Shown: piece after piece, positions 37,269 through 50,100 of the stretch
Layout of the letters: each line of letters opens with the position of its first letter
Numbering within the stretch: position 1 is the stretch's first letter
From: Mobula hypostoma
Taxonomy: Eukaryota
Assembly (NCBI RefSeq): GCF_963921235.1
Contig: NC_086097.1
Span: 129,458,001 to 129,522,000 of the forward strand
Direction of reading: 5' to 3'
Length of the DNA stretch: 64,000 nt
Translations under genes and position numbers: made by a program
The notes under the pieces: generated by a model
The model's input: the letters and a program-made list of their open reading frames with translations, nothing else
What the model was told of the DNA's origin: nothing
Database searches by the model: none

Positions 37269-38722
37269 CAAGTCAAGTCAAGTCACTTTTTATTGTTACT
37301 TCAACCATAACTGCCGGTACAGTACACAGTAAAAACGAGACATTTTTCAGGACTATGGAGCTACATGAAACAATACAAAAACTACACTGAACTATGTAAA
37401 AACAACACAAAAACTACACTAGACTACAGACCTACCCAGGACTGCATAAAGTGCACAAAACAGTGCAGGCATTACTATAAATAATAAACAAGACAATCGG
37501 CACAGTAGAGGGCAGTAGGTTGGTGTCAATCCAGGCTCTGGGTATTGAGGAGTCTGATAGCTTGGGGGAAGAAGCTGTTACATAATCTGGTTGTGTGAGC
37601 CCGAATGCTTCGGTGCCTTTTGCCAGATGGCAGGAGGGAGAAGAGTTTGTATGAGGGGTATGTGGGTTCCTTCATAATCCTGTTTGCTTTACGGATGCAG
37701 CGTGTGGTGTAAATGGCTGTAATGGCGGGAAGAGAGACCCTGATGATCTTCTCAGCTGACCTCACTATCCGCTGCAGGGTCTTGCGATCTAAGATGGCGA
37801 AATTTCCGAACCAGGCAGTGATGCAGCTGCTCAGGATGCTCTCAGTACAACCTCTGTAGAATGTGGTGAGGATGGGGGGTGGGAAATGGACTTTTCTCAG
37901 CCTTCGCAGAAAGTAGAGACACTGCTGGGTTTTCTTTGCTAGGGAGATGGTGTTGAGGGACCAGGTGAGATTCTCCGCCAGGTGAACACCAAGAAATTTA
38001 GTGCTCTTAACGATCTCTACGGAGGAGTCGTCCATGTTCAGTGGAGAGAGTGGTCGCTCTGTGTCCTCCCAAAGTTAACAACCATCTCTTTTGTTTTGTT
38101 CACATTCAGAGACAGGTTGTTGGCTCTGCACCAGTCCGTTAGCCACTGCACCTCCTCTCTGTATGCTGACTCATTGTTCTTGCTGATGAGACCCACCACG
38201 GTTGTGTCATCAGTGAACTTAATGATGTGGTTCAAGCTGTGTGTTGCAGCACAGCCGTGGGTCAGCAGAGTGAACAGCAGTGGACTGAGCACACAGCCCT
38301 GGGGACCCCCCCCCCGTGCTCAGTGTGATGGTGTTGGAGATGCTGCTCCCGATCCGGACTGACTGAGGTCTCCCAGTCAGGAAGCCTAGGATCCAGTTGC
38401 AGAGGGAGGTGTTCAGGCCCAGTAGGCTCAGCTTTCCAATCAGTTTCTGAGGAATGATTGTGTTGAATGCTGAACTGAAGTCTATGAACGGCATTCGAGC
38501 TTACATGTCTTTTTTGTCCAGGTGGATTAGGGCTAGGAGGAGGGTGACGACAATGGCGTCATCTGTTGAACGGTTGGGACGGTACGCAAACTGCAGGGGG
38601 TCCAGTGATGGGGGCAGCAGGGTCTTGATGTGCCTCATGATGAGCCTCTCGAAACACTTCATGATGGTGGATGTGAGTGCAACGGGACGGTAGTCGTTGA
38701 GGCAGGACACTGAAGACTTCTT
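37269..38722 (-). mobile_element. Rex1/Babar LINE, 5'-truncated (RT to 3' end)
   Basis: [53 protein letters not shown]; (GACTT)n tail. Confidence 0.9.
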
Positions 38723-39428
38723 CAGAAGAGAATGGAGAAACAGGTGAAGCATACAACATTCCACAGATCTGAGGTAAGAGTGGAGAAGAAAGACTACCTG
38801 GATTGTTCATTAAAGGAGGAATGGTGATTCTTTTTCTCTCAACTTGACATGCTAAATGTTTCCAGTGCTTTCTGTGTTTTTTATTATTCTTTGCAGGAGT
38901 TGGTTCAAACTCAACGTGCTGGATGGCTTGATCTTGGGCTGTGAAAGAAAGAATCAGACTTACATATGTAGGGTCTTTCTCAGTCTTGGGATGTGCCAAA
39001 GAGTTCACAGCCAAGGAATTGCCTTACATATTGCAGCCAGTGTTGGAGCTCAAATATACCTAGCAACATCTCTCAATCAATAATCAGGTGAACAACCTGA
39101 TTAACCCTTTCTGGGTCAGCGCACCTCAAGATCTTTTCACTTCTTCGAAAGTGCTATGCAGTCTACTTGAGTGGTAAACACATCTTGGTTAATGTCTCTT
39201 TGGAAAAAAAAACACAAAATTAGGCCCTCATAACCAATAGGTATTATCCACTCAGAATTTTTTTTAACAATATAGCATTAATTTAGTCTATTTTATTTCC
39301 AAAGAGATAGCAATTACTTCTTTGTATTTTGTATATTCTCCTTGCTGGTATCTATTGGTTTTACAAATCCCTGTTACTGCATCATTGCTCAGATTTACAT
39401 CCGAAAATAATGAGGTATAGAATGGCAT

Positions 39429-39819
39429 CGGTGGCATCCGTTAGTCTCACAAGACCATGGATCTGTGCCTGGAAAGTCTTCCTTCTCCTCTCCAGGGCAC
39501 AAGCCTGGGCAAGGTTGTATGGAAGACCGGTAGTTGCCCACGCAGCAAGACTCCCCTCTCCACGACATCCATGTTGTCCAAGGGAAGGCCAAGGGCCAAT
39601 ACAGCTTGGCACCAATGTCGTCGCAGGAGTTGTCAGAACGAGGTTGAAGGCAACGTCGGACTGCCTTAGGGACTCCAGCTCCGGATTTGTCCTCAGGGTT
39701 TACTCCCGAAGCCTTTCCCATGAGTGGGTATGGCCGCAAGGCAGCGGAGGTTTGAAATCAGAGTTTTCCCTCTCTTAGATGGACTGCCTTCCCAGGCTGA
39801 CGAGCTCCATCTACCCGAA
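39429..39819 (-). mobile_element. Short non-coding retroelement (probably RTE-mobilised)
   Basis: 10-bp TSD AGAATGGCAT (39419-39428, 39820-39829); close copy at 62948-63320. Confidence 0.8.
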
Positions 39820-41763
39820 AGAATGGCATAAGATATTAGTTAAAACATTTCAGTAATGGAAAATAATTTTAAAGTAAGGTGATTATTGATTAGCATCTCA
39901 AAGTTGCACAAAATCATGGCAGTTTATCACTTAAGAGAAAATGCAGTTGCATTTCACCAGTGCTATATCATAAGCACTAACCTTATGGAAGCTTCAGAGT
40001 GATATGTATGAATATAGTTCTTAACTTCTGTCAGAAATCAGTCTTTCATCCCATTCAGGCAATGTTTGATTCCAGGTATGTTGAGCTGAAAGGACAACAT
40101 TTTTGAGCAACTTCCAGGGTAACCAGGAAACTATTGTGACAGTCTGTGACATCAAACACACTTCTTGAACCTGTTCTACTATGGATTTGGCATCACTGTG
40201 TTTGACTTAAATCCCCCTTTAGAACTCCTTTGCTGTCAGATGGGAAGATGCTGTGAGTGCTGTTGGCATTCCCTCTCAAGTGAGGGAGCTCTGAAGTGTT
40301 CTGTATTGAATACTTAAATAATATTTGAGTACTATTGCAAATATATTGTTTGATTAAGCATTCTTTATTGTTTACATAATTCCTAATGAGTTATATGTAC
40401 GAAGTATGTGAATGGCTTATGTATACCATCCATCATCTTGCCATCATGTCATAAGTGTGCGCCTCACTACAAGTAAAAACTAAGAGTACATAAGTATCCC
40501 TAGTCCTGTTTTTCTTTCAATTAGTTTTATGTTTTGGAGTTACTCACCATAACAGTGGTGAAGAGTAAATTTTAAAACAAACCCAAGATAACTACCTACC
40601 TGTTGATGCACAGCGAGATATTCAAGTTTAAAAAAAAACACAGTATGTGGTTTCTTTGGAAAAGGAGAAAGGCAGTGAGTTCAGAAAACTGGCAGAAAAC
40701 AGCCAAAATTAATGGCTTCATAAACAGTGAGTACTAGGTGTTAATAAAAATGAATTTTTAAAAAGTAGATATGGCTGCCTAGATTGGAAGATAAACACAT
40801 TCGATTCCACAAGAAATAACTGGCTGAAGTATATTGAAGGAATTGAGCATTATTTTGAAGCAAATGAAATAGCCAATGAGAAATGAGCACCAGTTTTGCT
40901 GAGTGTAATAGGTGGAAAGACATACAATTTGCTGAGAAGTTTAACTACTCCAAGCAATCCAGCCGAAGTGAGCTTTGCTGATATTTTGAAAGTAATGCAC
41001 AAACATTTGGAACCAAAACCATTGTTGATTGTAGAATGCTCTAGGTTTCATAAACAGAATCAAAGGAAGGAAAGTCCATTTTAGCTTACATGGCTAAATT
41101 GAAGAGATTGTCCGAGCATTGTCAGTTCAGTGATAGGCTTAATGATGCACTGAGAGGTCATTTAGTTTGTGGAATCATACAAGAAAACATTCAAAAACAG
41201 CTCCTAGCTGAAACACAACTCACATTTAAAAGAGCAGTTGAATTTACTGTATCAATGGAAACAGCAGACAGAGACACAAGTGAGTGCCAGTCAAGAATGA
41301 AAGTGAGCATGAACAAAATTGCAACATCTAAAAAAGAAGCCAGTCTGAATGAATAAATGGTATTACCATTGTGACAGGGGCTCACATACACCAAACCAAA
41401 GCAGATTTAAAGGTGAAGCTTGCAGAAAATGCAACAAAGGAGGATACATACAAAGAGCACGTCAGGCGGACAAAAATAAATAGTGTGCACAGGGAAGAGG
41501 AAAAGATAAAAGTCAAGCTGCAGTTTCAAAAACAGCACTATTCGTCACACAGGACTGAATCACCTTGAGATTTACAATGTGAAAACAAACAAGAGACATT
41601 CAATGTGGCTTACACCAGAAACGAATGGCAAATTAATTAAAATAGAAATGGACACCAGCTCAGCTGTTTCAGTCATTTCACAAAATGAGTTTGAATAGGA
41701 TTTCAAAGAAAATTAACATAAGCCTGCAGATATCCAACTAAGAATTTACACTGGAGAAAAGTA

Positions 41764-42445
41764 ATTGGGAAGGGAAGATGGCAGTGCGACGCAGCTCTCA
41801 GCGGCCACTCCGGTGGTAATGTCCGTTATTTATCAAGTAGGGTGCCGTGCACAATCCTGGTTTGATGGAGACGGACGTGAGAGCACGGAGGAACATCTGG
41901 TGAAGCTTCTGAAATGCCCGCTTCGCTGCCGCTGCTACTGTGTGGTCCAGAATCTCCGGAGGAGAAGGCCCTGAGTCCTTGGCTTTGCTTGTTTCTCGGT
42001 GGCTGGGGTGGGGTTGAAGCACTCGGCAGAGGAAGGTGCTCAGAGAGGCTGTGTCGGAGGGGCTGGTTGAAAGCTCGAAGTTTTCAGACGGACTCAGAGT
42101 CCGCTGCGGTCGGGTGCTTCCAATGGTACTGCATCGGCAAGTTGGCGGCGCTTTGAGGTTCATGACGGGGAGAGTTCCTCCCTTCTGCCGCCTGCGTGAG
42201 ATGATGAGTCTATCGGGACTTTGAGACTTTTTTTTACCGTGCCCATGGTCTGCTCTTTATCAAATTATGGTATTGCTTTGCACTGTTGTAACTATATGTT
42301 ATAATTATGTGGTTTTTGTCAGTTTTAGTCTTGATTTGTCCAGTGTTTTCTTGTGATATCATTCTGGAGGAACGTTGTATCATTTTTTAATGCATGCATT
42401 TCTAAATGACAATAAACGAGGACTGAGTGTCCTCATAATCTAATA
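41764..42445 (+). mobile_element. Young non-coding LINE-derived element inside the Gypsy protease
   Basis: CpG-rich head starting AAGATGGC, GT-rich LINE-type tail with AATAAA; Gypsy coding sequence resumes after it. Confidence 0.65.
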
Positions 42446-43619
42446 AAAAATAACTGAAATACAACAGCCAACAAGTCACACTGGGCTTGCTTGTGGTAAA
42501 AGCACAAGGGCCAACATTGTGCGGATGTGATTGGCTGAGACTACAACCTGATTTGGGATCCATCCACTATTTGCATGCCACACTCCTCGCAATAGAGTCA
42601 ACTGAAAGCAAATTTAAAAAGATACTGGATGATGCCACAGTGGTGTTCAAGGATGGCACTGGAAAACTCAAACATATCAAGGGTAAATGAAAATTCCACA
42701 CCCAAGTTTTACAAAGCCCATTCAGTTCCACATACCATCCGTCATAAAGCAGCCAGTGAGCTAAATTGCATGAGTGCTGAAGGAATTCTTTCCAAAACTG
42801 AGTGGAACCCATGGGCAAAGAAATGGTCCCAGTAATCAAGAAGAATGGGTTAGTCAGGATCTGTGGTGATTTTAAGGTCACTATCAACCCAGTACTGAAA
42901 GTAGATCGAAACACTTTGCCGAGGATAAAAGATATCTTTGCAAACTTTTCTGGAGGGAAACACTTCAGCAGAGTGGACTTGGCTGAGGCCTACCTATAGA
43001 TGGAAATGGAAGAAGAGGAGGTGGTGGCTAAGTCCATGCGTATACTTAAGGTAGAAGTTGATAGTTTCCTGATGAGTCAAGGCTTCGATGGATACAGTGA
43101 GAAGCAGCTGTGCGAGGTTGAGTGAGATCCAGGATCAGCCATGATGGAATAGCAGAGCAGACTCGATGGGTGGAATGGCCTAGTTCTTCTCCTATGTCTT
43201 ATGGTCTTATGGTTTAAGAGTCCAAAGTGTTCTCACCAAAAGACACACAAAGGGCTTTATCACTATAATAGGCCTATTTTTGGAGTAGCATCTGCACCTG
43301 CAATCTGACAGAAAGCTATGGACCAGGAGCTACAAGGCTGTTCAGGCGCTCAGTGTTACCTAGATGACAGTGATGATGACAAGGAGTATCTCCAAAAATT
43401 CAAGACAGTGCTAAAAAGATTAGAAGGTTATGGTCTCAGAGCACAAAACAACATGTGTGAATTCATTGAAAGAAGCATCATGTACTTTGGTCACACTATT
43501 GACACACACAATTTACAAAAGTGTGCTGAGAAGATTCAAGCATTCATGGATGTCCCAAGGCTAAAGCACGTGTCACACTGCAGTCCTTTTTAAGGTTTGT
43601 CAATTACTATAACAGTTTC

Positions 43620-44968
43620 AATAGACAATAGACAATAGATGCAGGAGTAGGCTATTCGGCCCTTCGAGCCAGCACCACCATTCACTGTGATCATGGCTGA
43701 TTATCCACAATCAGTATCCAGTTCCTGCTTTATCCCCATAACCTTTGATTCCACTATCTTTAAGAGCTCTATCCATCTCTTTCTTGAAAGCATCCAGAGA
43801 CTTGGCCTCCACAGCCTTCTGGGGCAGAGCATTCCATATATCCACCACTCTCTGGGTGAAAAAGTTTTTCCTCAACTCCATTCTAAATGGCCTACCCCTT
43901 ATTCTTAAACAGTGGCCTCTAGTTCTGGACTCACCCATCAGCGGGAACATGCTTCCTGCCTGCAGCGTGTCCAATCCCTTAATAATCTTATATGTTTCAA
44001 TAAGATCCCCTCTCAGCCTTCTAAATTCCAGAGTATACAAGCCCAGTTGCTCAAATCTTTCAACATATGACAGTCCTGCCATCCCGGGAATTAACCTTGT
44101 GAACCTACTCTGCACTCCCTCAATACCAAGAATGTCCTTCCTCAAATTTGGAGACCAAAACTGCACACAGTACTCCAGGTGTGGTCTCACCAGGGCCCTG
44201 TACAGCTGCAGAAGGACCTCTTTGCTCTTATACTCAATTCCCCTTGTTATGAAGGCCAGCATGCCATTAGATTTCTTCACTGCTTGCTGTACTTGCATGC
44301 TTGCTTTCAGTGACTGATGTACAAGAACACCTAGATCTTGTTGTACTTCCCTTTTTCCTAACTTGACTCCATTTAGATAATAATCTGCCTTCCTGTTCTT
44401 ACCACCAAAGTGGATAACCTCACATTTATCCACATTAAACTGCATCTGCCATGCATCTGCCCACTCACCCAGCCTGTCCAAGTTACCCTGCATTCTCATA
44501 ACATCCTCTTTACATTTCACACTGTCACCCAGCTTTGTGTCATCGGCAAATTTGCTAATGTTACTTTTAATTCCCTCATCTAAATCATTTATATTGTAAA
44601 CAGCTGCGGTCCCAGCACTGAACCCTGCGGTACCCCATTGGTCACCACCTGCCATTCCAAAAGGGACCCGTTAGTCGCTACTGTTTGTTTTCTGTCAGCC
44701 AGCCAATTTTCAATCCATGTCTGTACTCTGCCCACTAATCTCCTATGTGGGACTTTATCAAAGGCTTTCTGAAAGTCCAGGTACACTACATCTACTGGCT
44801 CTTCCCTCCCTTGTCCATTTTCATAGTTACATCCTCAAAAAATTCCAGAAGATTAGTCAAGCACGATTTCCCCTTCATAAATCCATGCTGACTCAAACCG
44901 ATCCTGTTACTGCCATCCAGATGTGTCATAATTTCATCTTTGATAATTGACTCCAGCATCTTTCCTAC
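43620..44968 (-). mobile_element. CR1 LINE 3' part inserted in the Gypsy RT
   Basis: YLDFQKAFDKV, GVPQGSVLGP, FADDTKLG; (CAATAGA)n tail; few frameshifts. Confidence 0.92.
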
Positions 44969-45164
44969 CAAACCTGGCTACTGTGATCTACCCACTGAAT
45001 TCATTACTACAGATTAGGAAGAAATGGCAAAGAACGAAGCAGTGTAAGGTAGCTTTCCAAAAGGGAAAGGACATTCTCCAGACTGGATTATGATCCAGTG
45101 AAGCTTTGCCTGTAACACCTCACTTAATGGTATGATCATGCAGTCATGTCTGTTCTTCCTTTGA

Positions 45165-47005
45165 TTAGTTCTTTTGATTTGCAGATGACACCAAGAATCG
45201 GGTGTAGTAGACAGTGAGGAAGGCTATCATGGCTTGCAGAGAGATCTGCATCAGCTAGGAAAATGGGCTGAAAAATGGCAGACGGAATTTAATGCAGCCA
45301 AGTGCAAAGTTTTGCACTTTGGAGGGCCAACCGGGGTAGGTCTTACACAGTGAATGGTAGAGCATTGAGGAGTGTGTAGAATGGAGGGATCTGGGAAATG
45401 CAGGTCCATAATTCATTGAAAGGGCGTCACAAGTAGATAAGGTCATAAAGGAGGCTTTTTGCACGTTGGTCTCATAAATCAATGTATTGAGTCCAGGAGA
45501 TGGAATGTTATGTTGAAGTTGTATAAGATATTGGGGAGGGCTAATTTGGAGTATTGTGTGCAGTTTTGATCACCTACCTACAGGAAGGATGTAAACAAGG
45601 TTGAAAGAATTCAGAGAAAGTTTACAAGGATGTTGTCGGGTCTGAAAGACCTGAATTACAAGGAAAGATAGAATAGGTTAAGACTGTATTCTTTAGAACG
45701 TAGAAGATTGAGAGAAGATTTGATAGAGGTATACAAAATTATAGGGTAAATGCAAGCAGGCTTTTTCCAATTAGATTGGATGGTACGAGAACCAGAGGTC
45801 ATGTCTTAAGGGTGAAAGATGAGAAGTTTAAAGGGAACATGAGGGGAAACTTCTTTCTTTTCAAATCTTTTTATTATTATTATCCAAAATTAACAGGAGC
45901 ACATCGAAGTAGGCAACACTTACAACGTCTCAAGAAAAAGAAATTGTTTTAAGGATTGAAAAAATTTTGGTGACCAAAAAAAGAGGGAAAAAAACCATTA
46001 GGTGTTCAACCCTGGAGCCATGCGTCACACAAAAAGCTTCTAAAGATAAACATCAAACCTCCAGCAAGAAAAAAAATGTACCAAAAATTTACAGTTAGCT
46101 CGTGGAGGAAATCTATCAATTAACTCAAATGGTAGTAACGAGCAAATGAACCCCATCTTTTCTCAAAATCAAACATAGGTTCAAAGATTTGACTTCTAAT
46201 TTTCTCCAAACTAAGACATAGCATAACTTGAGAGAACCATTGTGACAAAATGGGAGCCGACGTATCCTTCCACTTCAACAAAATGGCCCTCCTAGCTATC
46301 AATGTAACAAATGCAATAACATATTGGTCAGACAAATAGATACCGTGGATATTTTGAGGAATTATTCTAAATAGCACAGTTAATTTGTTAGGTTGTAAAT
46401 TAATTTTAAGTGCTTTAGAAATTGTAGAAAAAACTGACTTCCAGAACTGTTCCAGTATAGGACAGGACCAAAACATGTGTCAGTGTAGCTGTTTCAGTTT
46501 TACATCTATCGCAATAACTATCAACATTAGGAAACATTTTAGACAATCTCTCCTTCGTCAAATAGTAATGATGTACAATTTTAAATTGAATCAGTGAATG
46601 ACTAGCACAGATCGAAGAAGAGTTAACCAACTTCAGAATCCGCGTCCAGTCCTCCGTCATAAAAGTCAAATTAAGTTCCTTTTCCCAATCTTGTTTAATC
46701 TTAAATAAAGGACACTTATCCCATTGTAATAGTAAAGTATAAATTCTTCCAGTGGAACTCTTCACGAGGGGAAACTTCATCACTCAGAGGGTGGTGAGAG
46801 AGTGGATTGAGCTGCAACACAAGTGGTGCTTGTGAGCTCAATTTCAACATTTAAGAGAAGCTTGGATAGACACATGGATAGTAGGGATATGGAGGGGCAC
46901 TGGTCCTGATGCAGGTCAATGGGATTAGGCAGTTTAAATAGTTTTGGCATGGACTAGATGGACTGAAGGGCTTGTTTCCGTGCTGTACTGTATGACTATG
47001 TTCTG
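45165..47005 (+). mobile_element. CR1 3' part interrupted by an L1-clade insertion
   Basis: FADDTK, KCKVLHFG, LEYCVQF; resumes at 46766. Confidence 0.85.
45854..46765 (-). mobile_element. L1/Tx1-clade LINE 3' end
   Basis: C-terminal CCHC motif CDRCKTETATLTH-MFWSC; QFKIVHHYY; TSD GAGGGGAAACTTC (45841-45853, 46766-46778). Confidence 0.85.
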
Positions 47006-47159
47006 AAGTTACAAAACGTAACATGAGGCAGCTGACAAATAAAAAAGAAAAGCAGAGCGTTATAACTTCAGGATTAAGTAGATGACATTTTTTGTCATGG
47101 ATGACTGCAAGCATGTCTGTGTCTCTTTAAAACAACAACAAAATTTGACCTGATTTCCT

Positions 47160-48615
47160 GCATTCCTGTGCCAACCAACTGGCGGGTGTGTTCAAAGACA
47201 TTTTCAGTTTCTCATTACTACAGTCGGAAGTTCCCACCTGCTTCAAAAGGGCAACATACCAGTGCCCTAGAAGAGCAGCGTGAGCTGCCTTAACGAGTAT
47301 CATCCAATAGCACCCACATCTACAGTGATGAAATGCTTTGGGAGGTTGTTTATGGCTTAAATTAACTCTTGTCTCAGCAAGGACCTGGATCCACTGCAAC
47401 TTGCCTATCACCACAATAGGTAAATGGCGAATGTTATCTTACTGGCTCTTCACTTGGCCTTGGATCACCTGGACAACAGTAATAACTATGTCCGGATGCT
47501 GTTTATTGACCAGAGCTCAGCATTTGACTTAATCATTCCTACAGTTCTGATTGAAAAGCTCCAAAACCTGGGCCTCTGGAAATCCTTCTGCAGCTGCATC
47601 CTCGACTTCTTAACCAGAAAACCACAGTCTGTGCAGATCAGAAATAAAGCCTCCACCTCGCTGACAATCAGCACCGGCACACCTCAGGGATGTGTGCTTA
47701 GCCCATTGCACTACTCTCTCTACACCCATGACTGTGTGGCTAGGCACAGCTCAACTTCCATCTATAAACTTGCTGACAACACAACTATTGTTGGCAGAAT
47801 TTCAGATGGTTGCAAGAGGGCATACGGGAATGAGATGTATCAGCCAGTTGAGTAGTGTCACAGCAACAACCTTACACTCAATGTCAGTAAGACCAAACAA
47901 CCAATCTGTGGATTTCACAAAGGGTAAAATGAGGGAACAAACACCTGTCCTCATAGAGGGATCAGAAGTGAAAGGAGTGAGCAATTTCTTGATCCTGGTT
48001 GTCAACATCTCTGAGGATGTATCCCAACATATCGATGCAACTACAAAGAAGGCATGGGAGTGGCTATATTTCATTTGGAACTTGAGGAGATTTGGTATGT
48101 CACTAAAGACACCCACAAATTTCTACAGGTGCACCATGGACAGCATTCTAACTGGGTGCATCGCCGTCTCGTGCGGCGGAGGGCACTACTGCACAGGATC
48201 AAAATAAGCTGCAGAGAGTTGTAAACTTACCTCCATCATGGCCACTTAAGTCTGTAGTATCCAGGACATCTTCATGGAGCAATACCTCAAAAAGGCAGCA
48301 TCCATCTTCAAGGAGCCCTGACATGCCCTATTTTCATTGCTACCATTGGGAAGGAGGTACAGACCCAACAATTCAGGAGCAGCTTCTTCCCCTCTGCCAT
48401 CCGATTTCTGAATGGACATTGAACCCACTACTTTTTTACTTTTATTTTTGCACTACTTATTTAATTTAACTATTGTATATATATATATATATATATATAT
48501 TTACTGAGAGTTACAGTTGTTTCTGTCTATTATTATGTATTGCTTTGTACTGCTGATGCAAAGACAACCAATTTCACGACATATGCCAGTGATATTAAAC
48601 CTGATTCTGAATCTG
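47160..48615 (+). mobile_element. Rex1/Babar LINE RT to 3' end
   Basis: [34 protein letters not shown]; tail contains (AT)n at 48476-48500. Confidence 0.88.
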
Positions 48616-49131
48616 ATTTCCAGGTCTATCCTGCTAACAATTCTCCCATACATGTTCATTTGTAGGTAGCGTTAACAGATGTCACTAATTTTTAGATAGG
48701 GTTAGGAATTGTGGATGGTTATGACAGAGGAGCCTTCATCAGCCTTTTCTCCATGTCACAGCCACAGCCTAACATTAGACCGGAATATAGAGCAGGTATT
48801 TGTAAGGTGCTTCAGAGCACAGCAGGAGGAGGGGTTGTTGTGGGGAGGTGGGGGAGAGATTATCTGACCTAAGCATTGACAGTACTTCCCACTTCAACCC
48901 ATTGGGCCCCAGGGAGGTTGCTCTGCTATTGCCTGCCTGAAGCAATTGAACCTCTTTATCACTCTAATCTGTTCATTGTAAACCCACAATTGCCACATGG
49001 TGGCTTCATATTCTAAGAACTAAAATATCCCAGTCTGAATAAAGAAAAGTGGTGTGTGAGTGCTCTTACAGCTAAACAAATGTTATCAATACAGTATTTT
49101 TCCAGGGACCACATTTTCTCCTTGGCCTTAC

Positions 49132-49265
49132 CGTGGCTATTGCATTGTGCTTTAATGTGGTCATTTTAGGATTAGTTACTTCCCTTTGAAATGGATGAAA
49201 CACTCCATCAGTTTGTTGGGAATGCAGTTCCTCTCCTTTGTTACACAGGTCCAGAACCAATCAGA
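49132..49265 (-). other. Candidate exon (134 nt; non-coding or 5' UTR plus start MTTLKHNAIAT)
   Basis: Acceptor tttttttctcctcccag, donor ACG|gtaagg; stops in all three frames. Confidence 0.3.
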
Positions 49266-49962
49266 CTGGGAGGAGAAAAAAACTCCTGACTTATTTTAAA
49301 AACCTCCCCAAATTCCTCTCTCCAATGTCTCTTTTCTTCCATTTGCTTCCTGACCAAAACAAATTGTGTTTGTTTTCAGAAGCAAAGTTGATATGCAGCA
49401 GTAACCTAATGGGATTCTCCTTTAATGAATTGCAAGAAAAATAAACAGTATTTTTTTGGTGAAATAATTCCCCCTGTTCTGTACTAGGTGAAGGTATAAC
49501 ACTGTGAAGAAACAGAATTTGCTTCACACCCATGTAAAAATTACTAAAAAAAACTCAAGGTTTTTTTTTCATTGGGGTGTCTGAACATTAGCTGGGGAGA
49601 ATGCAGTTGATTTGAAAATTATAATTTCGACTGAAAGAATATTACCCCTTCTGTGTGTGAAAATTCAATTTTTTTTCATACTTTCCTTCCCAACTGAAAA
49701 TAATATTGTGGTTGGAATATATGTGAGACGAGTAATTGTTCTTCAATGATGAAATAAATCATTGATGGGTGAAATTACACATGCTCATTTAGGCTGTAAT
49801 GTGATTAGCAGATGATGGGATGTGGTTAATATATTGTCTCACAGCTCTGAGACTCCAAATCCTTGACACCAGAAATCCATCAACTACAACTGTCTTTAAC
49901 TTTACAAACGTGATTGTCGATGACATAGAATCGGATGGCGAGGCCCCTTTTTGTTGCTACAG

Positions 49963-50100
49963 GACAAAGGCAGAAGGTGAAAGAGAAATGGATAAGAAGC
50001 TTTGGCAGAAAGTTAGCTGGGGAAAAAAAAATGCAAGCTGTTTCAGTGGCTGCAGCTGATTACCAGTCGTCTCAAAGCTACTCCATCTTCCGCACACTGG
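49963..50100 (+). other. Candidate coding exon (138 nt, phase 1-1)
   Basis: Acceptor cccctttttgttgctacag, donor TGG|gtaagt, open frame QRQKVKEKWIRSFGRKLAGEKKMQAVSVAAADYQSSQSYSIFRTL; ATG at 50031; protein not recognised. Confidence 0.4.

Larger units (their letters stand above)
40297..45160 (+). mobile_element. Decayed Gypsy LTR retrotransposon of the same family, 3'-truncated, with three nested insertions
   Basis: 5' LTR 40297-40554 (TG...CA) homologous to 16681-16928; PBS-like TGGTGAAGAG; gag from ~40771, protease MDTSSAVSVI, RT VRICGDFKVTINPVL and CYLDD; no 3' LTR found. Confidence 0.88.

Noticed and set aside
39797..39820. CTGACGA...GAAA as a plus-strand hammerhead
   Set aside because: The intervening GCTCCATCTACCC cannot form stem II, GAAA sits at the insertion junction, and the second copy lacks it
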